DNA of 64,000 bases, taken from assembly GCA_051362555.1 (NCBI GenBank), contig CM120640.1:49950788-50014787 (forward strand). Reading direction: 5' to 3'. The notes under the pieces were generated by a model. That model had not been told where the DNA came from. It made no database searches and saw only the letters and a program-made list of their open reading frames with translations. Shown one piece after another: positions 11,560-26,700 of the stretch. This stretch comes from Lingula anatina. Taxonomy: Eukaryota; Animalia; Brachiopoda. A program made the translations under genes and the position numbers. How positions within the stretch are numbered: the first letter of the stretch is position 1; each line of letters opens with the position of its first letter.

Positions 11560-14500
11560 TTACACATACATATAATCATCATCTTCCAAATTTTCTAAAA
11601 GTTCTAGTTCTTCGAACAATGGCATTTCATTCAGTTTATCAACCGTAGAAACATGTTTTGCACTTCTGCTGGTAGCTGTTGACTGACTCTGTTTCTTATT
11701 ATGCGCTAGTTCCCGACTTAACCGGCGTGCCCGGACCATTGTTGTAACATTGCTGACCATACCGGGTCCGCTTGAATTTGGCGGCTTTTTTGAAGCAGTT
11801 CTTTTTTCTCTACTTTGTAGTTGAGAAGAACCGTGGACAGGTTTTGCCCACATATTCGGGGTAGTAGGTGGTTCCTCTTCGGAAATCTCATGAATTTCCG
11901 GAGCGAAACTAATACTTTTTCTGTGTTCGCTGCCTTCACTTTCAATAATTACGGAAGATGGTCTACGAATGACGTCATTGTTGACGTAACTTGTCGACGA
12001 CATTTTTCTCTCAAGTATTTCGCTTGATGGCCCGTGTTTTGGTGATACAGACCCACTGGATTGTCTACGTGGATTATTTCGAGTAATGGCTTCAAGGTTG
12101 ATAATGATGTTTTTATATTCCACATCTTCCAGTTTAGCTGTTTTTAAGAAGTGCTGAAGTTTTTCTGATATCTGATTAAATAAAAAAACAGGTTTTGACT
12201 TTTAAAATAATTTCTTCAATTAAACAGTGTACAGAAAAAAAAATGACATTAGATGTAATGATTAACTTTACATGAAAGATAATTCAAACGACTAGAAAAA
12301 ATAAGTTATATTGATGGCAATGAAACTAAAAATACCTTCAAGTCGAGTAAATGTAGGGAAATTCTTACCTTTTGAGATTTGATTTCCAGGAGCTCCGACT
12401 TTTTATCAGTGTTTTTCATAGATATCGCTACTGCATTATAATTGCTTTTCTTCTGTCGTCTCTTTGATTTTGTCTCTTCCTTTTCCTTAGGCACTTGCAC
12501 TGTGATAAATGGAAAATGTAAATGACACTATATATTTAAAACATCTTATATAACACTCTGCAGTGAAAAGTCAAAACAACAATCATATGCAGATTATGCA
12601 AATGATATCTCTATTTTACGAAATAGCATGAAATCTGTGAAATTACATTAACGCAGAGGATATTTCTTATTAAATGTATATATTGCTATATAAGTGATAC
12701 AAAGAATTAATACACTTACAGTATTCTAAGAGTACGGACAAACGTTTCATTTTTCCATTGACTTCGCCCTTTTCGTCAGTTTCAGATTTATCCGTAGCGT
12801 TTTCTTTGGCCTCACTTGTCACTTGCACTTTTCCTATATATTTGACCTCATTCTCCTCCTCCTTTTTGCTTCCGCCCAAACTGTCAAAAATGCCCTGCAC
12901 TCGTTTCCAAAAGTGAATACTTAACTCCTCATCGTAGCCTTGATCGGACTCCTCTTTCGCTGCTACCTGGGAGTCGCATATCACAGCTATGAACAGATTC
13001 AACACAATCAAGTAGACGAATATATTGAAAACTATGTAGAGAAGAGTAGAAAGTAATTCTTTTTCTTGGAACACGTCGTCGTATGTTATTAATCCCAGAG
13101 TCAGGAGGAATAATGATGAAAACGACGCATACAGTGAACGGAACGCAAAGAAGAGATTTCCAGCATCGACGTGTAAAGAACTAACAAAAGCCAGGTAGAT
13201 GATAATGAATGCCACGGCATACCAGACCATTTCTGACAGTGAAATCTTGAGAGATGTTTTTATGATGGCGAGCGTCTGACTGAACGATAACGGGCGGTAA
13301 AGTTCCATTATCGCAAAGAAACACAAGACAGCGATAGAGACGCTGAATATTTCGTCCACCTCGGCAACTTTATCGAAACTTGTAAATTGCCCTGAAATAT
13401 ACATAATTTAAATACTAAAATTAGTTATAAAGATGAATAAAACATTGGTACATCATTCATAGCAGCACCAGTATCATGAAATTTTCAAGATCTTTTCATT
13501 TTTGAAAACGGTCGTATAGTAGGCCTACATTATGTTAATGCAAGCGCGCAGAAGCTCAAAAATTAAAAAATTAAAAGAAAAATGTTCAGAATTTTCACGA
13601 CATATTACTTTTAAAACAATTCTGATGACAAAGATAAAAACTGACCTCTATTATTAAAAACCTGTTCAACCGCCTGCATGATGTAGACTATTCGTACAAC
13701 GTAAACGATGATAGTCATAACTGCCAGTAGAATCTTCACCAGATCAAATACATTCCATGCGTCGTAGAAATACTGCCAGCCTTGCTTTTTGAGCCCAATT
13801 ATCTGCTTAACTAATAGATATAGGACTAATCCGAGCCAAACTATTTGAGCCAGCAGGAGTACCAAATCTATCGCTTCTTTATACGGATATGGACGGAAAC
13901 TAGTTAATGTGCTGCTGACGAAAGCGCTCCCCACAGCCGGGGTCTCCACAAGAATCTTTGTAGCGGTGAAAATATCTGATATTTCATTGTTGACGGTGAA
14001 CTCAATCAAAACAGCCCTCGTCCTTGAGTCAGTCCAGTTATTATCATTTAGCGCTGCAAATTTCAGAATGTCTGCGTTACTGAAATATTGAAACTCCTCC
14101 AAGTAGCCACCCCCGCCGTAAGAAGCAAACACACCCTTCGTAAATAGCGTGTTCGAGTGCGGGCTGGAGTATGCAAATGGTGACGAGGATACATTTTCCG
14201 CAGGGCCTCCTTCCCAACCTGTGCAGTAAATAAATATTTGTGGTTAAATTTTCGGGGAGAGATTTGTATCAAAATAGAGGAAAGACCCCTTCCCCCGACA
14301 AACAGATGTAGCCTAATTTCCAAAGAATAACCTTAACGTGAAAAACGACAAGTGTCCAGACATTGTTTTACAATATACAAGCATGGGGTGCACCGCAAAA
14401 AAACCCAAAAAAAACAAAAAAACTACCTGGTAAATAAGTCCCATGTTCAGCATTACTGTCAGAGTAATCGGAGAAGCAGCCGTAAGGCTCGCGCAGATAG

Positions 14501-14976
14501 GCAACACGTACTTGGAGACAACTCTCTGAAAGATAAAAAAAGCCATAGCTGTGTATAGAACGTTTATGAAAAGTCAGATCAGTCTTTCAGTTCTGTTTAT
14601 TCTTCTAATTTTTTTAATAAATAGAGTCGCATTGAGAAAAATCTTAAAATCCAAAGACACTTTTCTGATATTTATAAAGAATTTTGGTCGCATTTTTTTT
14701 AAATACTGCGAATAAAATTACATACGAGAGGTCACACGCAGCTGTCGAATTCGGACCGGTCCCAGTCGGTATGCATCAATGTCCAGCATAAAACTTGCTG
14801 CATCGGAGCTCAGTAAGTCCCCATTGTACGTCGTACGCGGAAAGAGCGGCGGTAGGATGCTTTTTTCTATCCACGGTAATATCATCGTGTGGTTGCGTAC
14901 CTGAAGTGGTAAGTTGTACGTGTCCAAAATTGGCTTTCAGTTCCTAAATGTATTTTGTATGATTAGTGCAATTTTG

Positions 14977-15031
<55 letters not shown>

Positions 15032-18000
15032 TACGCGATTTTATTAAAATGAATGAATATTAACAGTAATATTATCAAGACGGAGCACCATGACCCTATG
15101 CTAACCTTTGAAACGGAGGAAAGGCCCAGACTGTTTTGAATGGCTTTGTTCTGGTAATAAAACTTGCTGTCTCTGTTTGCCGAGGCTATCCATATTAGAA
15201 GAGCCAAGTAAAGAAGATGTAAGCAATTATCTTTAAGAAACGTGAATAATTTATCGTCAAGCTGTGCCGTCTTTTTTCTTTCTTCTAATCCCTCTGACCA
15301 TTCATTGATATCGGGCGGTTCTAATGGTATCTCTATACCCTTTGGTATTGAATCTGTGGGAAAAATAAAATCCATTCATCAAGATATGGGTGAAAATAAC
15401 TGCATTTAAATTAACAGTGTTTAATTAGATGGTAGGCCACCATTTTGCATCCAACAAGTTAAGAAAAATAATAAAACGCTGTTATTTGTATCTTGAGGTA
15501 GCATGTGTCGATTACTGGTCGAAGAGCTGCCACTTTTAAACCAAAACCCGATCTTTCTTAATCTTATGTCAGCAATTTGACACAAATAAATTAATGCTTA
15601 CATTCGCTAATGGTGCCTCTTGATATGGTAACAGCAAAGTCTTCTTCTACAGTGGTGCAATCCTCTTCTTCGTCAGGCATACGCATTATGCACGAGAGAA
15701 TCACAGCAAGCAACACAGCCTAAAATTCAGCGAATACTTAAATGTTTGTAATAATGTTTACCTGACCTGATCTGTGCATAAAGATGTAGCTATACAACTT
15801 TCCTGCCGCTATAGAAATGATTTTTCTCTTAAATACTTAATTAAATACACCTACACTACAGTGCTTTAGCGCCGCTTTATCTTCCATTTTAGGGCGAACC
15901 CGTAAGTTTTATTTATATTTTGACAATACTATTATCAAAGTGGGATTAAACGAAATAATGAAAAAATAAATCACACCCTCACGCTTACCTTGACCGGTTG
16001 AACCAAAAGTAGTGAATCCACAAAAGATAAGACCCAAGAACCAAACCAGGCGAGAAATTTGACAGATCCCCACTGAAGTCCATAGAAGAGTGTAATGAAG
16101 CCTCCAGCAAAAGTAGTTAAGAATACCAAAATATAGCCAAAAATAATAAACCACCAAGGATAGGTAAACCTTTTCCCTTTGCAGCACCTACTGCTTTTCG
16201 GCGTTGGAGACGTCAAGCGTTGTTTTTCTTGATCAGGCTCTACTTGCTCGAGGCTCTTTCCGTTTTCAGCAGACACTATGCCCTCTTCCTTAAAAACATT
16301 GTTTTCTTGGTACAGTTTCACTTTAGTAAGTAACTTTTCCAATCGATCCTTAGAATCCTCAGAATAACCTTTGACCCTCTTCCTAGACCGTTTGAATATG
16401 TGGACAATTAAAGCAGTGGGAGGGACGACGATCAGACTACCCATTAGACCAACAAATATTTGTTCAAATGTTATTTTAAGTGGTCCAATCTCGATGCTGG
16501 AGTTACGCGCCGCTGATGTATTGTCTGCCTCATCCCTGTACCACATACAGCTCACCATCATCGTCATGAACAAGATGGACAGACACACACTGAGACGCTG
16601 CACTCTGGAAAAGTTACTTTTGCTCGGCCGCTTGAAGAGTGAAAACCAAGTGTGGTCATCAAAGAAGCCGACTTTGCTATGACTGTTGAAGAGCACAGAG
16701 AAATTCTTCATGTTTTGCTCGGCAGTGACATCTATCTCGATGCAAGTAGTATTACTTGTCAGCGACAGCCACTGTCCGCAGTTAAAGTAGTACCTACAAA
16801 ATTCGCAAAAGAAGCATTCTAAATTAATAATAAAATGATCTTTTTTTTAAATTTCTACTGGCTGATATTTGTTACCTGAACCTGAATCTATTATGTTATT
16901 TTTAAGTTTTTATTCATTTAATGTGAATATAATTAAAAGGAAAGGATGCTCTTAATAACTGGAGATATATGCCATAAAGTTTTTCAACTTACTGTGTCTG
17001 CTGAAGAATATCGACTACTGTAATTTTGGATAGATACCAGTCCGGTGTGTAGCCATTGCCATCGTGCCAGACATGGATCCGTGTTATGTCACCCATGAAC
17101 TCTCTTGTTGTCAGGAGAAAGTTACTGACGCTCCCTTGAGTGAAATTCTGAAATATAACGATGGAATATTAGAAAACCGTAATGTGCTTGTCGAGGCCTA
17201 CCACATCCAAATTGTGTAATCTTACATTTAGCTCTTAAATGAAGTGAAATGTCTTTTCTGCCAAGTAATAAATCATTTTGTCAGAATAAAATATTTTTCT
17301 TTTGATTATCAATCAGTAGAATACAAGCATACGTATGCTGATGGCACAATCCGTTGAAAATGGAAAGTTATTTGATGTAGAATATGCACTTTAATTTATT
17401 CCATACCTTTCGGAATCCATCTATAAGAACCCTTGGCCCTGTCTTGCCTCCAGTTCCTGTCAACTGTATGAAAACATTGGCAGAGGTGCCGGCTCCTCGA
17501 CGCAGGCCTGTATGGACACTTATACGGTATAAATACATGCCATCTGCCTCATTGTCCACAAGAGGGGCGTATTCCCACTAGATGGAAAATGATTTGATGA
17601 AATACGTGATGTTATAACATTTACGGTCACTTACAGCAGTATGTTTAATCGCATAAAAATAATACTTCGATACGGAGATCGTAAAAAGAGATTGTAGTAG
17701 TGTTTTTTATCTTCTTCCTTCTGGAAGATTTCTGGAAAAAAGCAGCCAATGAAAGGAAACAAAATAAAAAATATTTTTCAAACATTTTATCTGTATCCGT
17801 AATGACTTCGTTACCTGCACTTGGTCCTTCTTGTCTGCCCATCTTGCCCATATTAACAATAGAAAGTAAATAACCAGCAGAATACACAATATTATCAGCA
17901 CATAGGGATTCTCAGCAAGCCGTTCCGAAAAGTTTGCAACCACTCCGGCGAAATCTAAGGAATTCGGTGGAATGAAGACCCCTGTGCAAAATGACCCCAG

Positions 18001-21000
18001 GAAATTGCTTTTAAAGACAACATTGTCTTTTGTTGATTCTTCCAAAATCTGAAGTGTTAAAAAATTATTTCATTAAATAGTCACTCGTAAGTACCCAGCA
18101 AAAATGGAATAACGAGTACATAAACAAGTAGATAAAAGTTAAAATAAGACCAAAAAAAGTAGTAGACTTAGTAGAGCGATTTAGGTAAATCCATTGTTTT
18201 TTGTATTATTTTTGTATTGAATTTCAACAAGAAAAGAATAAGAATTCATGTCAGATTCTTAATTATTATTTCAACATCTACCGGGGGTAGAGCACAAATA
18301 ACAAGGGTAGAATGTTTCATATGTGAATTATTTCATTTTATGATAAACTCCTTAACTCCTGAGTCAACATGTACCTCTATGGAGCTGTTTGTGCTCCAAG
18401 TTTCAGAGCGGGTATCCCAAACCCTTGTCTCCATAGTGGTCGATTCTGCGGCCACGCGCCCCCTGCCGGCACCCGCCAAACGCTTTACTCTGCTATGACT
18501 GGTGGAATTTACTAAAATAGCAAAAAAGGTCATTTAAATGCATTGGGTAATATTTAAGTTACAATTATACCGCGAAAGATATATGAAGAAGTATTTAAAT
18601 ATTTACAGTATTTCAAAATATCTAAAAACTATAACGCTTATATCTAAAAGAAGAGTCAAGTACAGATTGGCACATTGACCTGGGTGAGACCAGCTAAAAT
18701 AGGCGGTTTGGTGACCAACACTGTGGAAAGATAATCATTACCTGTGGCATTAATTGAAACAATCTTGACGATGACAAACCCCGTCTCTAGTATTTCCCCA
18801 GCAGGGATGAAAAGCGACACCACATCAGAGTTAACGCGCACCGTCTCCTTGACATTCCATACAAGATCAGCACTCTCTACGCCAGAATGTGAAATAAGAT
18901 ATTTGAACGTGTAATTTGTCTCTGTTGGTGCCTCGTTGGGAAAACCCGACAATTCATAAAAGTCAACTTCCTCTGGTACCCCGAATTCAATGCGCAATGC
19001 AGCAGTTGGGTCCGGAATTGTAAAATTATGGTACACAGGATCACAGTTCAAGAAACGGTAGTGTTCGAGGTCTTTGTAGGTGATTTTGTCTCCAATGCTG
19101 GTTGTTACACTTGCTCGAATGGGTTCTTTTAAAACGTACTTGGTGCCATTTGGGTAGCTCAAGTCTATAGACGTCATTGCTGTGTTCACCTTTGATGATT
19201 CGTTTCCGTACGCATATATATTGTGTTTAAAGGAGAGTATCTGAAAATAGATATATGAATATTTTCAATTTTTTCTGAAGTTTTGTTTATTCCTCATTTT
19301 CCACATAAAAATTTATATAAATCAAATACCAATTTGGCCAACTTTATTTGGCAAATAAAGAGTCCGCTGGATCAAAATTGCAGCAGGTGTGACAACCACA
19401 ACCACTAGCACGCATACCTTCAGCCTCAGATCGCCCTCAGCACTGTCGATGGTGGGTAGTGATATATTCGCGCCAGACACTTGGACGGTCTCATTGGTCT
19501 GATGCGCCATCTTCTGGATAGTCATGTTGACAAATGGCGTAGATATAGTGACTGTTGTGTTAGTGCTGTTATCCAATCTGTTGTAGATTGCCCAAGAAGC
19601 TGCATCAAAGAAAGCAGTGGTCTCGGTCGCAAGTCCTCTCACCTGTTGAGCATAAGAACAATCATGACTATTATATTGCCTAGCTAGCATTTAAGGAAAT
19701 AACTGAAATACCAACTGGCAATTTTACCGAAAAGGGAATACGAGACTTCACATGACACATAATGAGAAATTGTAGAAAAAATGTTACTAAAAACACGAAA
19801 TTGTTTTAAATCAGCAAGAATTTCATTAAAAAGATATTGAAAATAAAACGAAAATTGCACAGCAAATACGGTATACCCTTCTTCAGTTCTATCCTAATTT
19901 TCTGTATAAGAGAAAAGAACTATATGAAGACCTAAAAACATTCGGTAATGGACAGAAGCATGACATTGACAAGGCTGTCCCAGTATGTCCTGCTTACCAC
20001 TGTCTTTTCCTGGTCACTTAATGGCACAACCTCTGCTTCAACAACAACTTCATTGCCTGATACGGCAACATTGAATATATTACTAGTAGTTGATGTTAAG
20101 GCTAAAAAAGAAAGAAAGAAAATATAGTTAAAATATTTTCATGTGACTTTGATTTAAGAAAGTCCACTCCAATAACGTCTAAATGAAGCTTGCGGACTTA
20201 TCATCTGTTTAGCTTTCGGTCTCATATTCTGCATTTTAAGTGTTAAAAATGTTATGAACCCAGGGTAATAACGCGGTCAACACTCAAGAAATTTTCATTA
20301 AAAGTTAGTTCATAGTTAACTCGAAGCAATTAAATCACTCATAACATATATATTTTCTGTTTTCACCGTACCTGTGCTGGCAAAGACAACTTCTTCCAAG
20401 GTCGCATTAGAAGACTTTGTTTTATCTATTATAAGAAATGCTGCTTCAACACAGGTCAGCTGAAAAAAAAAGCGGTAACGTCACCAATGACGGATCTATA
20501 TCTATGCATTTCTTTTAATACTTTGTGGTATGTAAAACCTGCTGCTTCTTTCGTGAAAGCACAGCATAGTACATGGTAAAAAATCGTACGCCTTAGGGTT
20601 CATTCCCAATGTAACTATCGTTTCACATCGATCCAACTCCGCGGGGACTCTCGCTGAATGCTATCAGATTAGCACGCTTCATCTTGTTTCCAGCTTACTT
20701 GTATAAGATGGCGATTATACGAGTACGTATACGAATATACGTATTCGTATAATCGCCAGTTTTTCTGTATTCTTCTCTACATCAAGAGGAGGCGTGTCAA
20801 TCTTGCATTCAGCGACAGTCCGCGCGGAGTTGGATCCATTGGGAATCTTATCTTGTTCACTTACCATGGTGTCGTTACTAAGTTCGTTGGAGACTTGAGT
20901 TACATCCGCCAACACGTTTGCTAAACCAAGAAGATCAGATGTTGTAGGGGTAACACTGCTGTTTGCAAGGTTAACTACCACTGTGACCACCTTTCCTCGT

Positions 21001-23665
21001 TGCTAAAAGAATATTGTAAATAAACTCTTGTATCTTTGATTTCTTATTTGTGCATTAGTTGACGTAGCAAATGAATGTCTCTATATATGACATTTATCGC
21101 TTTATCATCGACCTAAAACAACTTTAAAGCTGAGTCCACTAACAAAATTCATTAGTCTAAATCTATTTGATATAAGGCAGCAAAACTAGTTGGTCCGCCA
21201 GCATTCTCCTATACATATTTTAATGTATGTATTTATTTCTTAGCAGTCATGTAATCTTTTACAACTGCCATGCACTATTTTGGTGGCATCAAAAAGTTTT
21301 TTCAGGGTAGGTGAGAACTTATATACATCTTACCTCTCTTCGAGTATCTAGGTCTACGTTATTCGTTGCATTTGCCTGGAACAAATACATTGTACACAAG
21401 ATTTTAACAATGAGAAACATTTAGTAAATTTTCTTCTCATATCTTATTATAGTCAAAAAGGAAAACATTTTATTGGAAAGCAATAAAACTGTAAAAAGAA
21501 ACTTTTGTGATTTTGAACAGACTTCTCAGAAAATTATTTATTCTTGAGATTCACATACCGCGTGCACATTGATCAAGTTCGTTATAGTTTGCACTGCATG
21601 AAGGACGTCGCTGGTGATGTTGGACAGAGTATTGTTGATGAGGGTATCTAGCTCTTCTACGGTATGGGCAGGATAGGGTGTTGTAACTGTGGTAGTGGGA
21701 GCTGTGGTGGTTTCAATGCTTGCAGTAGCTATGGAATTACTGCTTTCTGTGTTCACAGAGTTGGTTGTATTGGCAACAGAAGTACTAGCAAACCAACTGG
21801 ACGCTGTTGAAGTGGTAAATGCCTCAGTGGGAGGATATGTAGAGAAATATAAAGACGTCATGGAGGTTTCTGTTTGAGAGGCAGTTAAAACGGCTGACGT
21901 CTCTGCTGTAGCGCTTTCCGAGTACTGGCTTACAGAGGGGGAAATCTCCGTCGTAATTTGCACTGTGACCGTACTTGATATTTCAGTAGTGGTGGAATCC
22001 ATCTGCGTACTTTCACTTTGACCAGAAGAGGCTGATGTAGTTGTGCTTTCTTCGCTACTTTGGCTGGGATAAAGACCAGTGTCCGATTGTGAGTCAGAAG
22101 AGGCTGATATGGTTGTGCTTTCTTCGCTACTTTGGCTGGGAAAAACACCAGTGTCCGATTGTGAGTCAGAAGAGGCTGATATGGTTGTGCTATCTTCGCT
22201 ACTTTGGCTGGGATAAAGACCAGAGTCCGATTGTGAGTCAGAAGAGGTTGATGTGGCTGTACTTTCGTCGCTTAAGTAAGAAGACAAGGATGATTCGGAC
22301 AGTCCACTGGGATAAGAACTAACTGATGAACCTATTGAAGAATCAACAGTTGCTGTAGTAGAAATAGGGACATTTGTCGATGGTGAAGTCTCACTCACAT
22401 ACAAAGAGACGCTACTGGAGACATCCGAACTGGCTGTGCTTTCCAATGTAGAGGTCGATGTGTCAACGCAGTGTTGTGCGTATCCAACTGTAAATGTAAA
22501 AATGTGTTTGTTAAAATATTTTTGTTATGATTTTACTTCAAATTTAATTTTCAGCGACATCTTTTAATACAAATTACGTTTTCGAATCTCAAACACCACA
22601 CTTGACTTGTTGCATCTTGCGATTGTTTCATTTTATAAAACAGTTGAAAAATAAAGCAAAAAAGTACGCACTTCCACACGGGGGAACATCACAAAGATCT
22701 ACACCTCCTGGCGCTTCAGGCTCTACCACATAACACCAAATTCCAAAATTGTCGGTATCAGGATTTCTGCAGTAGTTTTCAGCGTCACTAACGTTCGCAT
22801 CCGGGAACATGGAGGGATCAGTAAAGGTGTGGTTATTTGGGAACTGACTGTCCCACCGCTGACAGGTGTACCCACTTATGGTAAAATTTAGACGACCATT
22901 GTATTCAAAACCAGCAAAATCGTTCGCCGTTTGACAATCACACAGATCTATCAGAAACGAAAAGAAAATAGAAAGGGAAAATATTATTTAATCTCATGCA
23001 TACATACATCTGATACTACTGAATTTATACGAGGCCTTTAACGGTAAAACTACTTTCAATAGCAAAATGTGGCACAAATGAAACCCATTGATGTGACTCC
23101 GTACGGTATGGCTTGTATGGCCTGTCACCATGGTTACACGTTTTTACCAAATGTACAACATATTTAACCTAATAAGAACTACACTATTAACTTCATGATC
23201 GAGGCTAAACAAATTTAAAATCCAATGGTTACATCTCAGCTAGATAACTTACCAATAAATTATTGGCCAATGCATTGCAAATAATTTGAGGAAGATTATG
23301 ACGGGCCAACAAATATAACTACATCCCCCCTTTATATCATGTGACCCCATAAAACCTACCACATCGAGGAATGTAGCAACGTTCAAAGGTGGTGTTAGTA
23401 ACTGGGCACCAGGGTCCGCCATTTTGCGAGTTTGGGTTTCGGCAATAATTCGACGCATTTGCCATGGATCCGTCATAAATAAAACTGGCATCACTGAGTC
23501 CGAAATTTGCACCGTGTTCTGCCCAAGGAAGGCAAGAATTTCCCAAGAGCGACACATTTTGAAACCCAATATAGTCAATGCCAATTTTCGTCCGACGGCA
23601 CCAATCGCTCCCTGTTTAAAATATTTTTTTTTGGCAGTGAAACAAATTCTATACTAATATATTAC

Positions 23666-23725
<60 letters not shown>

Positions 23726-26700
23726 CACGCGTGAAAATGAACAGATGGTGAATAAGTTACAGTATGACGTACAGAACATTTAACTTAAAAGTCTTTAATA
23801 ACTCAAACTTTCAAATGTGTTTTATAAGGAAGTGGCAGAAAGGAGGCTGTGTAATACATGTATATCCACATAAAATGTTTTAATGAGATTGATTTTCTTA
23901 AAATACACTTTTGGGAAAGTGAATGCCTTAATATTATCTTACATATATATCCAGAACCAACTGAAGGTGTGCCAGTGGTGGTAATTGTATCTGTAGTGGT
24001 AAGCGTATCAGTGGTAGTGATCATCCCGGTGGTAGTGGTAGGTTCCTCAGTAGTAGTAGCTGTACAAGCTGCCTCGGAATAAGTAGCTAGTATATCACAG
24101 AAAACAATAGCACTTGTAAGCTGTGTTGTGCTACCAATGGCCGTATAGTATTGAATAAAGGTGTTTACTGGACAAAAAACAATTGCCTACATTGTGACAT
24201 TGATTTATCTATCATTATAAAAGAAAGGGGGGAACATGTACCTGGGCATGGCGGTACGTCACACAGGTCTACGCCACCGGGTGCTTCAGGTTCTATCACA
24301 TAACACCAGATCCCAAAGTTATCTGGATCGGGATTTCGACAGAAGTTCTCGGCATCGCTTACATTTGTATCCGGGTATGTACCGGCATCAGTGAAAGTGT
24401 GATTATTAGGAAACTGACTGTCCCACCGCTGACACGTATAACCACCAGTTGTAAAATTAAGGCGGCCATTGTAGTCGAATCCGGCAAAATCAGAAAATGT
24501 TTGGCAATCACAAGGATCTGCAGAAAAAATACACACAAATAAATTTACGCTTTTTCTGTTTCTGTTTACTTGTCTAACTGTATAACCAACTTAAAGACGA
24601 TATCACATCCAACTACTTGTTATTGCGTTTTATCTTACTTCTAAAAATAATCTTTGGTGTGATATGAAAGTTACAGACTTATCAAGATAGTCTGCTTCCT
24701 CATCACCATCATCATAATCAAGCTATATACCTAAGCTGCAGAAAATTCATATTTATATCGGGATGGTGCACGTACAAAAATCCCGACGGTCATAATGTTG
24801 ATACATTGTAACACTTACGCAGCCCTAGATTACTTACCACAAAGAGGAATGGCGCACACTCCTCGTGTAGTGTTAGATACTGGACACCATAGACCACCAC
24901 TGTGCGAGTCGGGGTTCCGGCAATAATTTTCAGCACTTGCCATGGAACCATCATATATAAAATCAGAATCGCTAAGACCAAAGCTGGCCCCATAATCAAC
25001 CCATGACAGACAAGTTTGATTACTGTCTGTTGTATTTTGCGTTCCTATGTAATCTTTTCCTAATCCCGTGCGCCGACAAGAGTCGCTCCCTGTAAAAAAA
25101 TAATTCAAAAGAAATACGTCCTGGCAAAATATCTGAATGTTCTGTATGCTGTAATTTAAATGTTTAAAAGGTTAATGTCATTGTTTTATATGAAGTGAGG
25201 GTCTAAATCGAATTATTTTAGAAAGCGGGGGATTTAGTAACCATTACATCAAAGTTCTTTATTATAGAAATGTTTATTTCAACACAACCTAAAGATATTT
25301 TTTAAAATTACATATGTATCCAGTTGTGGCAGTGGTGGCAGTTGTTGTTTCCGGTTCAGCAGTGGTTGTAGCTGTGCATGCTTCTTCGGAATAAGAATCT
25401 GTAACATACAAGACTTTTCTTTTCAGCAAATTTTGTTTTAACTATTTTGAGGTTAAATTCTGAGTGGATCTATTGTATAAATTTAAGCAATATTTTATTT
25501 ATTGAAGCTTTTTTTTTGTATTTGTCCCTTTCACAGCAAGCGTTAAGACCATACCTGGACAAGGTGGTACATCACACAGGTCTACCCCTCCAGTGACATT
25601 AGGCTCAACAACGTAACACCAGATTCCAAAATTGTTTGGGTCGGGGTTTCGGCAATAGTTCTCAGCATCGCTCACCGTTGCATCCGGGTATGTGGCAGGA
25701 TTAGTAAACGTGTGATTGTTTGGGACTTGTGTGTCCCAGCGCTGACACGTATAACCACCGGATGTAAAACTTAGGCGACCATTGTAATCGAATCCGGCAA
25801 AATCAGAAATCGTTTGGCAATCACACGGATCTGTTGAAAGAAAAATAAATTAAAGATATTTAAATTATGTGATCGTGGTTTCCCAGTATTGCATATTAAC
25901 TACTTGTTCTAGTTCCTAATACGACTCAAATAAAAACACATGCCAAGGGATAAACCGAATTATTCACTCGATCAGCCGTAGAAGAGAACATTAAAATTAT
26001 ACCTTCTCCATATTTATGGTCGTTAATTGGCCAATTTATCTTCCCAGTAATAAATAGCAAAGACAGTTATTGCAAAATATACGCTTAAATTTCATTTATA
26101 TGCCCTTTAGTACTTAATAAGTTATACTATTTGAAACTATATGGTGACATTAAGTCGGCTTTGGTGGCAAAAATTGGACTTCGAATGCACATCTTTAAAG
26201 TTATATGGTAACGCTATCTGCCCAATGAAAAAAAAACACGAAATAGCTTTGTGCTATTGTCAGAATACAAATCTTACATAGTTTATTCATATCTCTAAAA
26301 TTCAAAACCATTTACAATACCCAATGAACGGCATACAGGTGTTACGAAATAAGATAAATTTTCTAAATAAATACTTACCACAAAGAGGAATGGTACACGT
26401 TCCTCGTGTGGTGTTAGTTATTGGGCACCACGGGCCACCAATGTCCGAGTCAGGGTTCCGGCAATAATTAGAAGCATTTGCCATAGAGCCGTCATAGATG
26501 AAATTAATATCACTGACTCCAAAATAACCACCATAATCTGCCCAAGGCAGACAAGTTTCGTTATTGTCTGTAATATTCTGCGTCCCTATATAGTCTCGTC
26601 CAGCTCCTGTTCGACGACAATTGTCACTCCCTAAATTAAAATGTTAAATATGAATATACGTATTGGTATCACGCATCACCCCCCTCCTTCTCTCTCTCTC

